A DNA stretch of 64,000 nucleotides. It comes from Eledone cirrhosa (Eukaryota). The notes under the pieces are model-generated. The model was not told where the DNA came from. It did no database searches and saw nothing but the letters and a program-made list of their open reading frames with translations. Below, piece after piece: positions 1 through 12,929 of this stretch. How positions within the stretch are numbered: the stretch's first letter is position 1; each line of letters begins with the position of its first letter. A program made the position numbers and the translations under genes. Location of the stretch: assembly GCA_964016885.1 (NCBI GenBank), contig OZ024742.1, positions 95,666,001 through 95,730,000 on the forward strand. Direction: 5' to 3'.

Positions 1-94
1 TGTTCTTAAACTGTTGGTTGAAATTTTTTCTGTATAACTTGTTTAAATTCTTTGCACAATCTCAAAGCATTCTTTATTTGCATGTTTGATGTGG

Positions 95-345
95 ATGCAG
101 GCATGGCCAAGTAATTAAGAGTTTTGCATCATAATTGCAAGGTCCTGCATTTTATCTCATTGTGTAATATGTTAGGCATGTTCTTTTACTTTGGTCAACC
201 CAAATCTTGTGAATGAAATTGGGTAGAGGGAAACAGTTGAAGCATTTTGGATGGATTTTTCGCTCTAATCCAAAGGTCCTGCCTTGTCAACTACACTGTC
301 ATGTTAAGGGTACACATGTCTGTGGAATACCCAACCACTTATATA
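95..345 (+). mobile_element. Degenerate tRNA-derived SINE (family C)
   Basis: Head GCAGGCATGGCCAAGTAATTAAGA; 3' part AAAGGTCCTGCCTTGTC...GGGTACACATGTCTGTGGAATAC is shared with 12930-13200 and 33990-34260. Confidence 0.55.
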
Positions 346-585
346 CATATATGTATATATCAAACAAAATAATATGTCATGTGAATTTGTATTTTTATAT
401 GTAACTTTAAAAAATGTACACGTATTCACAATGTGTTTTTGTTTTCAATCATGTTAGTACAACAAGGAGTTCACTTTCCAGTCAGAATGTCCTGGGTTCC
501 AACCCTATGTTTGTCCCTGTAAATAGTTATTTTTTCAAAAGTTACTCATACATTTACTCCTGTATGTAAATGCTGAATATTATAG

Positions 586-768
586 GCAGTATCAGTTGAG
601 CATCAGACAACATACTTTGCAGCATAGAGTTATGGCCCTTTGCTTTCTGAGTTCAAATCCCACCGAGGTTAACTTTGCCTTTCATCCTTACAGGGTTGAT
701 AAAATAAAGAACCAGTACTGCACTGCGGTAATTGCTGGTCTTATGCCAAAACTAGAAACAATTATTAG
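586..768 (+). mobile_element. SINE family A copy
   Basis: B-box-like GAGTTCAAATCC followed by GAGGTTAACTTTGCCTTTCATCC...GATAAAATAAAG...AGAAACAATTATT, which recurs about 10 times in the window. Confidence 0.8.
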
Positions 769-944
769 AATATTATTTTTAACATTAATCACATCCAAGT
801 TTCAGTAATCAACATAGACTATAGGATTTCCTTACAAAAACATTAAATTTATCAAACCAAAAATTTCCTTGTTAGATAAGTGTTCATATATCAGGTACAT
901 ATGGTTAGATAAGTGTTCATTACACAGGTACATATGGTAACCAA

Positions 945-1390
945 TCCTGGACTCCACAAATTAAATACATTCCACATTTCAAGCAACTGTTACCTCTTTT
1001 CGATTGTATGGTTTCTCAGCATGGACCTTTACCTCAAAACTGGAAAGAAGATTAGATGGAGCCTACACTTGCATGCTACAAGGGGCTTTGAATGTCACTT
1101 GGAGAGATCGTCTGACCAACGAGCGATTGTATGGTAATATCATCCAGTATCAAACATCATCATAGAGCATAGATTCACAGGGAATTGCTGGAGAGCTAAA
1201 GACAAACTTGTTAGTGAAGTTCTTTTGTGTGACCCTACACTAGGAAAAGCTAGCAGATGATGACAATCCAAGACCGAAATCAAGCACATTTATGATGACA
1301 TACACTACAATCTGCCTGATCTGCTAAATATGATGAACAATAGAATTAGATGGTGAGAGAGAGTCAAGGGAATTTGTACAAGCAGTGTGA
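945..1390 (+). pseudogene. Decayed RTE-like LINE 3' fragment
   Basis: Frameshifted translation LYGFSAWTFTSKLERRLDGAYTCMLQGALNVTWRDRLTNERLYG...LLCDPTLGK; same type as 24133-24483. Confidence 0.65.
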
Positions 1391-1581
1391 GGTATATATA
1401 TGTATATGTATGATTGTTTGGATGAAAGTACAAAAATCAATTAAAGGTGTTTATCATTTTTTTAATTTATAGGGAAATTCATATTTTCTAGCATATTTAT
1501 ACATCTACATATTAAAAATATGTAAATTTATATACACATTGTCGTAGTCTCAATTAATCACTATATATTTATATAGATATA

Positions 1582-1640
<59 letters not shown>

Positions 1641-2047
1641 ATACTTTGGGAGGGTCATGTTGCCAATAAGAAACACACGCACCAGTTGCTTTCACTTCAA
1701 TTTATTATATATTTATAAATTTACAAATCTACAAATTTATAAATTTCTGGTTGGTTGGTTGGTTCCACAACCAGATAGTTGTTTATATAGAGTCATAGTC
1801 CTTTCGTCACACACTCTGTGACCTCTTCAGTGACTGGGGATTCCTTTCTTTGTTTCTGTGCCTTTCCTTTCTTCTCTCCTACGCCATTTTGTTTCTGTGT
1901 GTGTGTTGTGTGCTCAGTTTACGCATGTGCCACATCCGGGTGTCTGTGTGTGTTTGTGTTCATTTATCTATTTGTTTATTTATTTATTTATTTACATGTT
2001 ATTGGTTGGTTGTTTGTTCTATGTGTGTGTGTGTTTTCATTTTGTCC

Positions 2048-2698
2048 TTAATTGTAAGTTGTGATGTTGCTGTCCCACTCATATTTTCTATTTAATTTTG
2101 GTTGTAATTCTTTTATGTTTATTGCCTCTGTAATTTGTCTAAACATTGCATCTTTTCTGTGTGTAGATTCTATTTTTATTTCTATGTTCTCTAATTTACC
2201 CTTGTGTTCTATCTTAGCATGTTGGTAGAGTACAGATGATTCTTTATTATCTTGAAGGTCTCGCCAGTGTTCATTTATCCGTTCCCCTATACTACGAGCT
2301 GTCTCACCTATGTACACTATATTTTTGTTTCTACATTGTCCTTCAGTACATCTTATGCTATACACTACATTTCTAGTTTTACAGTTAATATGGGGGCTTA
2401 TTTTACAGGTTATACATTTCTTATCTATACATGAGGGTCTTTGAAACGGGTATGTCTTGCTAATAAGTGTTTTTACGGAGGTACCTGGTCTTTCTACTAT
2501 CTTAATATTGAGTTTATATTTATTTAGGGCCCTTCTAAATTTGTAGGCTAGTTCGCCTCTAGGGGTTGTATCGATGAACATTACACTCTGGTATTTATTG
2601 CTATCATACCATGAGTTTATTCTATTGGCCTTGTTCCTAGTTCTTTCTATTCTATTCCAAAATTTGCTCCTATACAAGGGGCAGGTCCCATTTATGTC
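2048..2698 (-). CDS. PLE ORF C-terminus: Cys-rich linker plus GIY-YIG endonuclease (5'-truncated)
   Basis: Open frame CIDKKCITC...CKTRNVVYSIRC...YIGETARSIGERINEH...H...RQITEAINI...LNRKYEW. The predicted N-terminal 54 aa come from the inverted arm and are not genuine. Confidence 0.9.
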   Translation of the reverse strand, partial: DINGTCPLYRSKFWNRIERTRNKANRINSWYDSNKYQSVMFIDTTPRGELAYKFRRALNKYKLNIKIVERPGTSVKTLISKTYPFQRPSCIDKKCITCKISPHINCKTRNVVYSIRCTEGQCRNKNIVYIGETARSIGERINEHWRDLQDNKESSVLYQHAKIEHKGKLENIEIKIESTHRKDAMFRQITEAINIKELQPKLNRKYEWDSNITTYN

Positions 2699-2803
2699 CC
2701 CGGATGTGGCGCATGCGCAAACTGAGCACACAGCACACACACAGAAACAAAATGGCGTAGGACAGAAGAAAGGAAAGGCACAGAAACAAAGAAAGGAATC
2801 CCC

Positions 2804-2848
2804 AGTCACTGAAGAGGTCACAGAGTGTGTGACGAAAGGACTATGACT
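2804..2848 (+). ncRNA. Minimal type-I hammerhead ribozyme motif (mirror copy 1791-1835 on minus)
   Basis: AGTCA CTGAAGA G GTCACA gagtg TGTGAC GAAA ggac TA TGACT: stems I and II pair perfectly. Confidence 0.8.
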
Positions 2849-3034
2849 ATATATAAACAACTATCTGGTTGTGGAACCAGCCAACCAACCAGAAATTTAT
2901 AAATTTGTAGATTTGTAAATTTATAAATATATAATAAATTGAAGTGAAAGTAACTGGTGCGTGTGTTTCTTATTGGCAACATGACCCTCCCAAAGTATAA
3001 CAATATCGGTTTAAACACACGATTTCAGATAAAG

Positions 3035-3071
<37 letters not shown>

Positions 3072-3149
3072 AAAAAGAAGAAAAATGACCCCAGAAAATA
3101 TTTATGAAACATAGCAATAACAACAAAAGAAAAAATTAAACATAAATAT

Positions 3150-3448
3150 AGGCACATGGCTTAGTGGTGCATTGGCCTTGCAATCGAAAGGTTGTGAGTT
3201 CAATTCTCAGACCGGGTGATGTGTTGTTTCCTTGAGCAAGACACTTTATTTCACGTTGCTCCAGTCCTATCATCTCATTCCACTGTAAAGTGGTCGTGGA
3301 GGTGCCATGGCAAAAAAGCACCCAGCACTCACTGTAAATGAGGTTGGTGTTAGGAAGGGCATCTAGCTGTAGAAATCAAGTCAGAATCAGTTGCTGTCCC
3401 ACCCTTGCAAGCAGGGAAAAGCGGAAGTAAAATGAAATGATGATGATC
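3150..3448 (+). mobile_element. SINE family B (tRNA head, RTE-like tail)
   Basis: A-box TGGCTTAGTGG, B-box GAGTTCAATTC, body TCCTTGAGCAAGACAC, tail GGAAGGGCATC...AAATGAAATGATGATG. Confidence 0.85.
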
Positions 3449-3463
3449 GACAGTGTTGCTTAC

Positions 3464-3663
3464 CATCAAAATATTTACTTCCTCACAGAGAGCGTTTCTG
3501 TTATTATTTCCTCCACCTCTTCCTACCCTTCCTCCTCCCATCTTCAGCATACCAGTTCTTTTGTATTTTGGTGGGAAGGAGAGTGGTTAAAGTATTTTTT
3601 CTTTTATTCTGTTTTTTTTTCATTTTTATTGTATGTGCAAGAATACAAACCAGCCCTTGGATT
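3464..3663 (-). other. Tentative host exon carrying a start codon
   Basis: On minus: polypyrimidine acceptor CCCTCTCAG, donor ATG|GTAAGC, frame MLKMGGGRVGRGGGNNNRNALCEEVNILM; non-repetitive. No homology recognised. Confidence 0.35.
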
Positions 3664-4753
3664 CTGAGAGGGTGTGGTAGAGAAGGTGTGCAGGGAAAGG
3701 ATAGGAGTGGGGTAAGTGAGGTGTGAAGAATTTGACCATACCCTTAGCTATGACATTCCTGTTTCTTCACCTCCCTTCATCCTTCACATATACCCTACAC
3801 TCTTTACATATACCATATACAATCCCCTCCCTCATCGCCTTCCCTTCCACCTTCATCCCTCTCTAATTCCCCCTCCCCATCACCTATCACCAGCCCTGGT
3901 ACTGCACCATAAAGAAATTCCATCTTTTGCTACTTATTAATTTTCATCATGTTTTCCTTAGACTTCTGTCAACTTTAATCATTTACCACCACCCCCAGTG
4001 CAAAAAATATACATGCAAAATGAAAAATAAAAACAAACACAATATGTATTGACTGTTTTAAGTGCTGGTATTTTTACTATTGTTATTATTATTATGATTT
4101 TTGTTATTATTTTTATTGATATTATTTTTTTGTTATTATATATTCTACCACATTCTTCTCCATCTATCTTATTTGTGTTCTTTATTCTATTATATATTTT
4201 TTTGTTTTCTTTTAAGTGTTTTTAGTTTTCTTTTCATTTTGGTAAGTCTCTCTCTCTCTCTCTTTTCCACTCCATTTTCTCCCCCCCTCTCTCCTACACA
4301 TTTTTCTCTAGCATTCCTACATTTCTTTCATTTCTTTCCATTTCTAGAATTTCTTTTTATTTTCTCATTTTCCCCCTTCTTCACCTTCTCCAATAGTCTC
4401 ACTTGTTCTGTGCTTCCTTCTTCGTTACCCACCATAAACCACTTCCTACTCCATCTGACAACAAGTACATCCATCTGTTACTATTTAACACCATTTCATC
4501 TTTATCATGGAGCATACTCTCCTTTATGAGATTTATCTCTCTCTCTTAAGAATGCCTTTGGAGTCACAGAAGTATACCATAATAAATGGTACTGTTAGTT
4601 TCTATATATATAATTATTATTCACCAACTTTGGCAGTGATGCCAGAACAATGGCATTGCAAAAGAGTAAAACACTTAACCCTTTTGCTCACAACATGGAC
4701 AAAACCATCTCTGTATCTATAAAACAAAATTACCCATTTTATTGGGTTTCCTT

Positions 4754-4955
4754 TTAACCCCTTCGTGCACATATTTCTCATGAATAATTGGTTCAATTAA
4801 TTTTCAAAAATTAATTTCTCATTAATTTGGTGTTAAGAACATCAAAATAAAGCTCTTACATACAATTATGATGGAAGGTTTTTAACTTACATATGAACTG
4901 TTTTATCATGAGATTAGGTGTGGTATTAGGTGGGTTGCTATTGAAAGAGTTGAAT
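4754..4955. mobile_element. Old TTAA-ended (piggyBac-like) non-autonomous element
   Basis: TTAACCCCTT...AAAGAGTTGAA ends; related decayed copies near 6680-6885, 26610-26880, 47430-47650 and 49015-49260. Confidence 0.4.
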
Positions 4956-6457
4956 TAAAATATTCCAACATTATCTTATGAACCCCAGGAGGATGAAAAG
5001 CAAAGTTAACTTCAACAGGATTTGAACTCAGAACATAGTAAGTCATAACTTATTACCACGAATAAAAATGATAAAAAGGATTTTTAAACCGAGGCACAAG
5101 ATTGCCAATTTGATAGTGAGATAGGATTTGATGGAGACTTATCTCCTAATTCTAGCAGGTCAAGTTACTGCTTAACATGCTAAAATTAGGAAACAAATCT
5201 CCATTGATTTACTATGATGATATGAATTGTGACAGAATAAAGAATCTTTGTGAACATCATCTCTAAATGTTGCTAAGCATATTGTGTCCTAGAATGGTTG
5301 CTTCAGCTAATTTTGTATGGCAACCACATGGTTACACTAGCAATAATTGTTTATCCATTTTGCATATGTTTTTGCATTGCATTGTTATTATTTCATTATT
5401 AGCAGAAATAAAGAAATCATTATTATTGAATAAAGAAATAATTATTAGCAGACAATGCAAAGAGAAGGAAGATGGCAGTATCTATATGCAGTACCTATAT
5501 CCCTACAAATTTCATGGTCATAGCCTCCGTGGTTTTGGAAATTTTTGAACACTATAAAAGTACTAAATGTTAACACATCTGGGTAAAACTGATGATGTCA
5601 GCAACATTATTGCAATGTAGACATGTTTGTCTATCAATGGTCTATATTTGTGGCAAGTTTCATTGTCATAGCATAGGCGGTTCAGGAATAAAGCCCAGTG
5701 GGTAGGCGGTCTGAGGACCCTCTCCCATCTTGGCTTACAGAACCCATAAAATGCCCAGGTTTTACATGGTTAAATTATTGGAAATTAGTTAAACTGCATA
5801 GATACTAATTTGCTAAAAAATGGATCTAAAATTATACTCAATACTGAAATATCAACATAGCTAAAATGTTAAGGTCATATTACACACTAGCTCTATGAAA
5901 AAAAATCAGTATATTTACAAAGCAAATCAGAATTTGAATATATATGGAGTAGACTTATACATGACTATAAAAAATGGTAGTTATCACAATGAAAGGAAAA
6001 GGGTATGTGACAGTTGAAATGAATCTGGAAACCCTAGATACATAACTGCAACATGAATTGATATGTAATGATAATCAAGAGAGTGAAAGAGTGACATTTA
6101 TATCTATTGACAAGCAAACAGTCTGGTGAATGCATGGATGAGTGTGTTGTGTTATTACTCAATGAATATTAGACACACTACAAAGTAGTTCCACTCATGT
6201 CACTATACATCACACGAACTTCCTTCGTGTTCCTAACCAACCGAAAATGTAGAATCCATGATTGGAATAGCATCTATTGTTTTAATTTAAATAAGGTATT
6301 GCTGATACCTTTCAAGATTTGATTTGATTTTTAATACTTAATATTTAATTTATCTTTATATTCATTACCATATTTTTATTTTTATTTCCAAATATTTCCT
6401 TATATGTTAAAAATTAGAATATTATTGAAATCATTTCTGATCCTATTTCTAATAAAA

Positions 6458-6650
6458 TACAAGGGTCAGCTGAAAATGGCATAGGCTGACAAAGATACTC
6501 TCATAGAACGACCAAATGAAGCTTATTTTTCAACATAGTCCCTGGACAGAAACAATACAGTTATTAATAATAAGAGTTGAAATTAAGGCATGCAAGATTT
6601 TCAGCTCTTGCATCCCTCCTTCATAGTCAGCCTATGAGATTTTCACCCTA
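6458..6650. mobile_element. mariner-derived MITE remnant
   Basis: TIRs CTGAAAATGGCATAGGCTGAC / GTCAGCCTATGAGATTTTCA; starts TACAAGGG. Confidence 0.6.
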
Positions 6651-6969
6651 CACTATCACACTGCTTATGTGCTTTAATTAATCTTTAAAATATTGTTTTA
6701 AAATATTGCAAAGATTTAGTAAAATAAGTGATATTTGCATTCTTAAGCAGGTGTATGGAACGACTCAAAAGTGTCTTCCACAAAATTATAACAGGTTTGC
6801 AATTTGAATGTAAATATTTTAAACTACAGGATTAGTATTACAAAAGCAGAGGGAGTTTCAGGCAGATTGGTGTGACAAATGTTAATGTTAACTGATAACA
6901 AGCAACTATGTAGATTGTTTGCACTTAATACAATGAAGTTACACACACACACAAACACACATATATATA

Positions 6970-7417
6970 TGTAGTGACGTGGTTAGTGGGTCTGGTCACT
7001 ACTTCTGATCGGATCTGAGAATAGCCCTTAAAAGGACTGTTATCGCATACAGTAAGGATGAACAGACGAAGGAAGAAGTTGAAAGGTTGAGCAGGCAAGA
7101 GATGTAGATTCGTTCAGCGATTTATTCTATACATGAAGCGACGATACAGAGGTACCAGGCGTGTGTGAGTGACAGGTGTGGCAGAGGAGAGGAACAATGA
7201 TACGCGAGCTGACTCTGCCAAAGGTCGATTTGCGAAAGCGTTTGGAACTACTCTATTTATACAAACATAATCGTTTGATGTTTAGCCGCTGTGTAGGCAT
7301 TTTATTTTGGTGGCTTAAGGGTTGTTTGTTTCACTGGGGTGAGGTAGCTAGGTAGGCAGATAGATAGAGTTGTTTATTTCACTGGTAAGGACAGATGTTA
7401 TTTCCGGTGGCTGTACA
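6970..7417 (-). mobile_element. Solo LTR in (TA)n
   Basis: TGTA...TACA termini; on minus, TATAAATAG precedes AATAAA; GC-richer 448 bp island between TA tracts. Confidence 0.7.
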
Positions 7418-7422
7418 TATAT

Positions 7423-7549
<127 letters not shown>

Positions 7550-7583
7550 TACATATATGTGTGTGTGTGTATATATATATATG

Positions 7584-7929
7584 AGGCACATGGCTTAGTG
7601 GTTAGAGCATTGGCCTTGCTATCGAAAGGTTGTGAGTTCAATTCTCAGACCGGGTGATGTGTTGTTTCCTTGAGCAAGACACTTTATTTCATATTGCTCC
7701 AGTTTACTCAGCTGTAGAAATGAGATGATAGGGACTGGGTTCCCTATCATTCCACTGCAAAGTGGATGTGTAGGCGCCACGGCAAAAAAGCAGCCAGCAC
7801 TCACTGTAAATGAGGTTGGTGTTAGGAAGGGCATCCAGCTGTAGAAATCAAGCTAGAATCAGTTCCCGTCCCACCCTTGCAAGCAGGGAAAAGCAGACGT
7901 AAAATGAAATGAAATGAGTGAAATGAAAT
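7584..7929 (+). mobile_element. SINE family B, full length
   Basis: Near-identical to 37687-38020 and 44712-45150. Confidence 0.9.
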
Positions 7930-8786
7930 ATATATGTATATAAGTACATCTGTACATGTTATGTATGTAAATATTACCTATATATTGATGTATGATATGA
8001 ATGGTTGTATAAGATAGAATGGATGATTTTCACCAGTCAACAGATGCTGATGAAGTAGCTGTTAAAAGATTACTTGATAAAAGATTAAAGCAGTAGTGAA
8101 ATCTTTTAGTAGAGGTCGAAAAAATTCACTTTTGGTAATTTGTTTTGATATTTTGTTACTTCTGTCTTTCTGTCTGCCACATTTTATCTTTTAAATCACT
8201 GACAAGTATGCTATACTTTAATATTAATGTCCTATTTTAGTCTTCCTTTCACCTTTTCATTTCATATTTATAAATATAAGTAAGTACTACAGCAATGATA
8301 TAGACATTTCAAACATTTCATCATCTTTGTCATTTTACATCAACATTTTCTTGCTGGAATCACACCATGCCAATAATTCTATTTGGACATGGTTTCTATG
8401 ACTGGATGCCCTTCCTACCACCAACCCACATGCCTGTCCAATAGTTGCATTATATCATTGTATCAGCATTATCTCTTTACAGAATGTAGTGTGCATATTG
8501 TCATGCTGCCAACACTACCACTTTACAAATTGTATATTAAATCGCTCACTAAACAGCTAAAGAAGACTATAAATTCATACCTTTATAGACAGCTGCAAGG
8601 AACAAGTAATTTAAACACATTTTATATGTTTTTAAGCATATTTAGATATCTTATTTATGTATTTCTCTGTGGATTGAAAATGATGAGTAACATAATTTGA
8701 GTTTCAATCTTTACTGAGTTCTTCATCAGAAACTGCTATTATCCTTCACAATCTACACACACACACACAGATATATATATATATAT

Positions 8787-9005
8787 AACCATGCTTACAG
8801 TGTGTACCGAGTGCTTTTTGTTGTGACATCCACATGACCACTTTACACTGTGAGCTGGATGTCACAACAAAAAGCACTCAGTACACACTGTAAGCATGGT
8901 TGGCGTTAGGGAGGGCATCCAGCTGTTGAAATCTTGCCAGAAACAGCTTGCTTCTAATGGGACAACCCGTCTAACCCATGCTAGAGTGGAAAACGGACAT
9001 TAAAC

Positions 9006-9040
<35 letters not shown>
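8787..9040 (+). mobile_element. RTE/SINE-B 3' end with 5' inverted duplication
   Basis: 8787-8832 is the reverse complement of 8856-8901; (GAT)n tail. Confidence 0.75.
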
Positions 9041-9041
<1 letters not shown>

Positions 9042-9203
9042 AACAGCAAAGATATTTCTATTTTAATAACTTATTTCACAATTGTTTCTCATCTTGTAAC
9101 ATTTTATAATATATTATTCTATCATTCTAATATACTTTCATTTAATTTCACCTGTGTTTTTGTTCACCTCTCTCTAATTATATATATATGCACGCACACA
9201 CAT

Positions 9204-9275
<72 letters not shown>

Positions 9276-10269
9276 CACTTTTGTAGACTTTATTTCCACT
9301 GTGATCATTTTAATTACAAACTTAAATGTCAATTAATTTGTCTGTACAAATATATTAATATATCAACTTTTCATAATTGGAACTTGATAAATTTATGGAA
9401 ACAAACACAAGCATACACACACATCTACGTATGTGTTGAGTGCGAATGTGTAGTAGGAGTAGTAGTCGTTAGAATATCCAAAAATGTGAAGAAAACTCAA
9501 TCTGTGAAAAGAGTTGTGTGTAGTTATGAGTGGTAGTTATAACAAATACAGACACATATATATCACTTGAATAATTATTACACCAGTATTTGTATATATA
9601 GATATGTTGTGTGTGTGTGTCTACTGTGTAGATTTTGGGAACATATAGAAGAGAGATTACGAACCTATGATTAACTACAGACTTAATCTGTGATAACACA
9701 TCCAACCATTTTCAGTATGGAAAAATGAATGTTATATATATATATAAGGATGAAAGGCAAAGTTGACCACAGCTTTTGTTGATTGAGGATTGAGCCTAAG
9801 TCTAAACACATTATCCAGTTACATTTCATAATACAGTTTATTCATATACTATACATTTAGTATTATCTAAATTTATATGCACCTTTATACCAATTTACAT
9901 CTATTTTCAATATATCAATATATGTTTGCTTGTTTCATGATCATTAGTATATTATTCATAATACCTTTGTATCATATAATCCATCATATAACTTACAAGT
10001 AGCAATGTATGTATTGATCTGTAAGGGTACAATCATGACATACATCATAGGCATTTTAAACCTGGTGGAGCCCATTTACTCAGAATACAACTGCATTTTC
10101 CCAGAGAACATGGGTGAGAGAGAGGAAGGGAGGAAGAGAAGTAGAGGAAATATTGATCCAACAGTTGAACTAGCATTTTTTTTAAATTCACCTCGACAGG
10201 TATATTAGTAAAATTGAACTTGGTTGCGTTTAAACTCAAATTGTGCAAAGAGCCAGAATAAATATCACA

Positions 10270-10860
10270 AAGCATTATGTACACCGTTCTAAGGACTCTG
10301 CCAATTTGCTACACAGAAGTAGCAATGCTAATAGCTAAATGCTTCAAATATTGTCATTCCTACAAGCTTTTCACCCAAAATAACCAAATTAAAACTTACT
10401 TTTCCAACCTTTACATGCCTAACTATACAAACAACAATAATTCTTTCATCCAAAGCAATTCCATAGCAAAAGAATTGATTTTGGGGACACTATCAATATA
10501 AATTTGATGTCAACATTTTACATAATTTTAACAGCCAATTCATTTTAAGCTAGATTTTCTTAGCATGCACACATAATAGAAAAGCTATGCTACTGTCAAA
10601 TTATCCTTCAGATTTACTAAACTATCTCATTATGTGATATCGCCCACAATAGTGTGTTTGTGAACCATACACCATAGAACTAATACAAAGTGTTGTCAGC
10701 ATACACGTTTGACACCTGGCAGTGCTATAACCAAACTTAGAATCATTTTTCAAAACAGATAACATTCTCCTACTCACAGACATATGTTACAAGAAAATTT
10801 GAACAGATGAACTAACCAAACAGACACAGAGCTACAAATCATATACACAAGCTTAATTGC
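10270..10860 (+). pseudogene. Highly decayed PLE thumb/GIY-YIG remnant
   Basis: LIAKCFKYCHSYKLF...IKTYFS resembles the PLE RT-thumb LIxRAxxIC motif; heavily disrupted. Confidence 0.35.
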
Positions 10861-12929
10861 TATGTATATATAGCATTTTTGTCAGTAAATTATACTAGAT
10901 AAGAGTAAAGGAGGATAATAAATGTTTAATACCTACTCTACTTTAGAAAATATGTTGTAATAGTAGTTGACATATTCATAACTCTAGCAAGTTGTTTTTC
11001 TGAGTTTCTTAATTTCCCATATTTGTTTATCCAGATAGGAAATATTGTTACCACAAAAATATCATCATTACTTGTACAATCCATTTTTACAACTCTAGAT
11101 AAACTGTTTAAGTAGCATTGATCTTTATAAATCAAATTATCCATCCATTTATGGGTAATGACCTTCGAATAGTGTCATAGGGTTATTGTCATGGTATACA
11201 ACAGGTCTTTGGCATTTAAACCTGGAGCAGTCCATACCTTGCCAGATCTGAACATAAACAATTCCTTCCACCGAGGAAAAATAAGTAAGTGAGATAGAGT
11301 GAAAACGAAACCCAGCACTAAACTGGTCCTTTATTTAATGACCACCTTGAAAGAATGAAAAACAAATATGACCCCAGCAGGATGTTAACACAGAGCACAG
11401 AGAGTTGGAACAAATACCACAAAACACTTTGACCAATGGTCTAATGACTGCCAATTAGCTTCTCTACATTACTCTATAGTATCTTATACACTGGGACCCA
11501 AGATACAATTAATGTTCTACCACTTCATTTATTTTCTTTTTCATGACCAATGTTTAAATAAAAAAAATCATTATCTTATTTTATTATCCTTTAAATGCAC
11601 TAATACTTTTCACATAATCCCAGTTCAAAAGTAACTCAAGATTAAAATAACTACTTTATTTATTATAATAATGTTTATTGTAGTAACTGCTATTTCATAA
11701 TAACTTATATACAACACAAGAGTTTTAAGGCTATTTTTCCTCTGCTATAGCTGGGATTAGTCTTGCAGGCTTCATGAACGATTTTATATTCATCGAGGGG
11801 GCTCATTTCTGAGGCAATGTTTTACAACCAGATGCCTTTGTTGGTATTTTAGATTCTTGTGGTAAACTCTATTGTATGATAAGTTATATACAAAACAAGC
11901 ATCTTAAGGCTATATTCTCGAATCCTTTTAGCCAACACAAATGCCATGAAAGGATAGAGTGTGCCTATTCTAAATAGGATACACACAATAGCTTAGGGTA
12001 TTTCAAAATGTTAGTCTTATATCAATCTTAGACTTTATATCAGTTCTTTATCACACATACTCTCCCCTCACAAATTCTGATTTTCATTTCCATTAGTCTT
12101 CCCATTGCTGATACTATTTGCTGGTTGCAACTCATGGTAGAAGGAGCAATGTGGAATAAAATATTTCACCCAAAACCACAGCACGGTGCTCAATCAAGTT
12201 ATTGAGTTCATAACTATATGACATTGAATCAAACACCCTAACTCTATGGGCCCATGTCTTCCTTTATACAGTTGAGTATTGTAAAATATTCTTCTTTTCT
12301 AAGTTATATTTGTTTTAAGTCATTAATAATTCAAAATTAGGTGACACAATCTTATAATATTGTTCACAATACATTTCTTTACAATCTTTATCCAATTTCA
12401 AATTACTTTTCATAAATGATTTTTCTACCCCTGTCTTGTTATTGCCTATTCTTTTAAACTTTTAAACTACTAACTTTAATCAACAAAGCTTATTTCTGGT
12501 TTTGAATTTATATCTAAAATTAATAAAATCTCAAATATTTCAGATTGGTACAACTATCTTGTTTTTGTGAGAGTGAGAATCTATTTCATATCTTGCTATT
12601 TCATTGCAATAGTAATTAAAATTACACTATAGAATCATATTTAATATATTTAGTTCATCACACTAAAGACAATAAAAATCATAAAATTTCATAAAATTTT
12701 GTCATTTTTTTTTATTATCGTAATTACTATGAAATAAATAGATTAAATACAATTTTGTAGTTGAATATTAATTATTAACGCTCTGAAATAATGAAGTATG
12801 AAATAGATTCTCCCATTTACAAAAGTAAATTGGTTGGACCAATCAGAATGACAATAACTGAAAGAAGAAATCTTATTCTTTGTTTCCTATTGGTAGTCAT
12901 GTGTACTGTAATATGTGTCAGAGGAGTAT

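Larger units (their letters stand above)
1633..3036 (-). mobile_element. 5'-truncated Penelope-like element with inverted pLTRs, inserted in (TA)n
   Basis: Arms 1633-1940 and 2699-3006 are near-identical inverted repeats; a GIY-YIG ORF lies between them; each arm has a hammerhead motif; (TA)n on both flanks. Confidence 0.9.

Noticed and set aside
871-938. Short local duplications (also 11701/11880, 30077/31248 and 50596/50635)
   Set aside because: Two-copy slippage or old repeat fragments with no further structure
3150-3215. tRNA-like sequences at SINE heads
   Set aside because: A/B boxes are present but there is no full cloverleaf, and each continues into a SINE body
4101-4529. Hydrophobic ORFs (also 49802-50206 and 35788-36195)
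   Set aside because: Products of T-rich or (GAT)n low-complexity DNA
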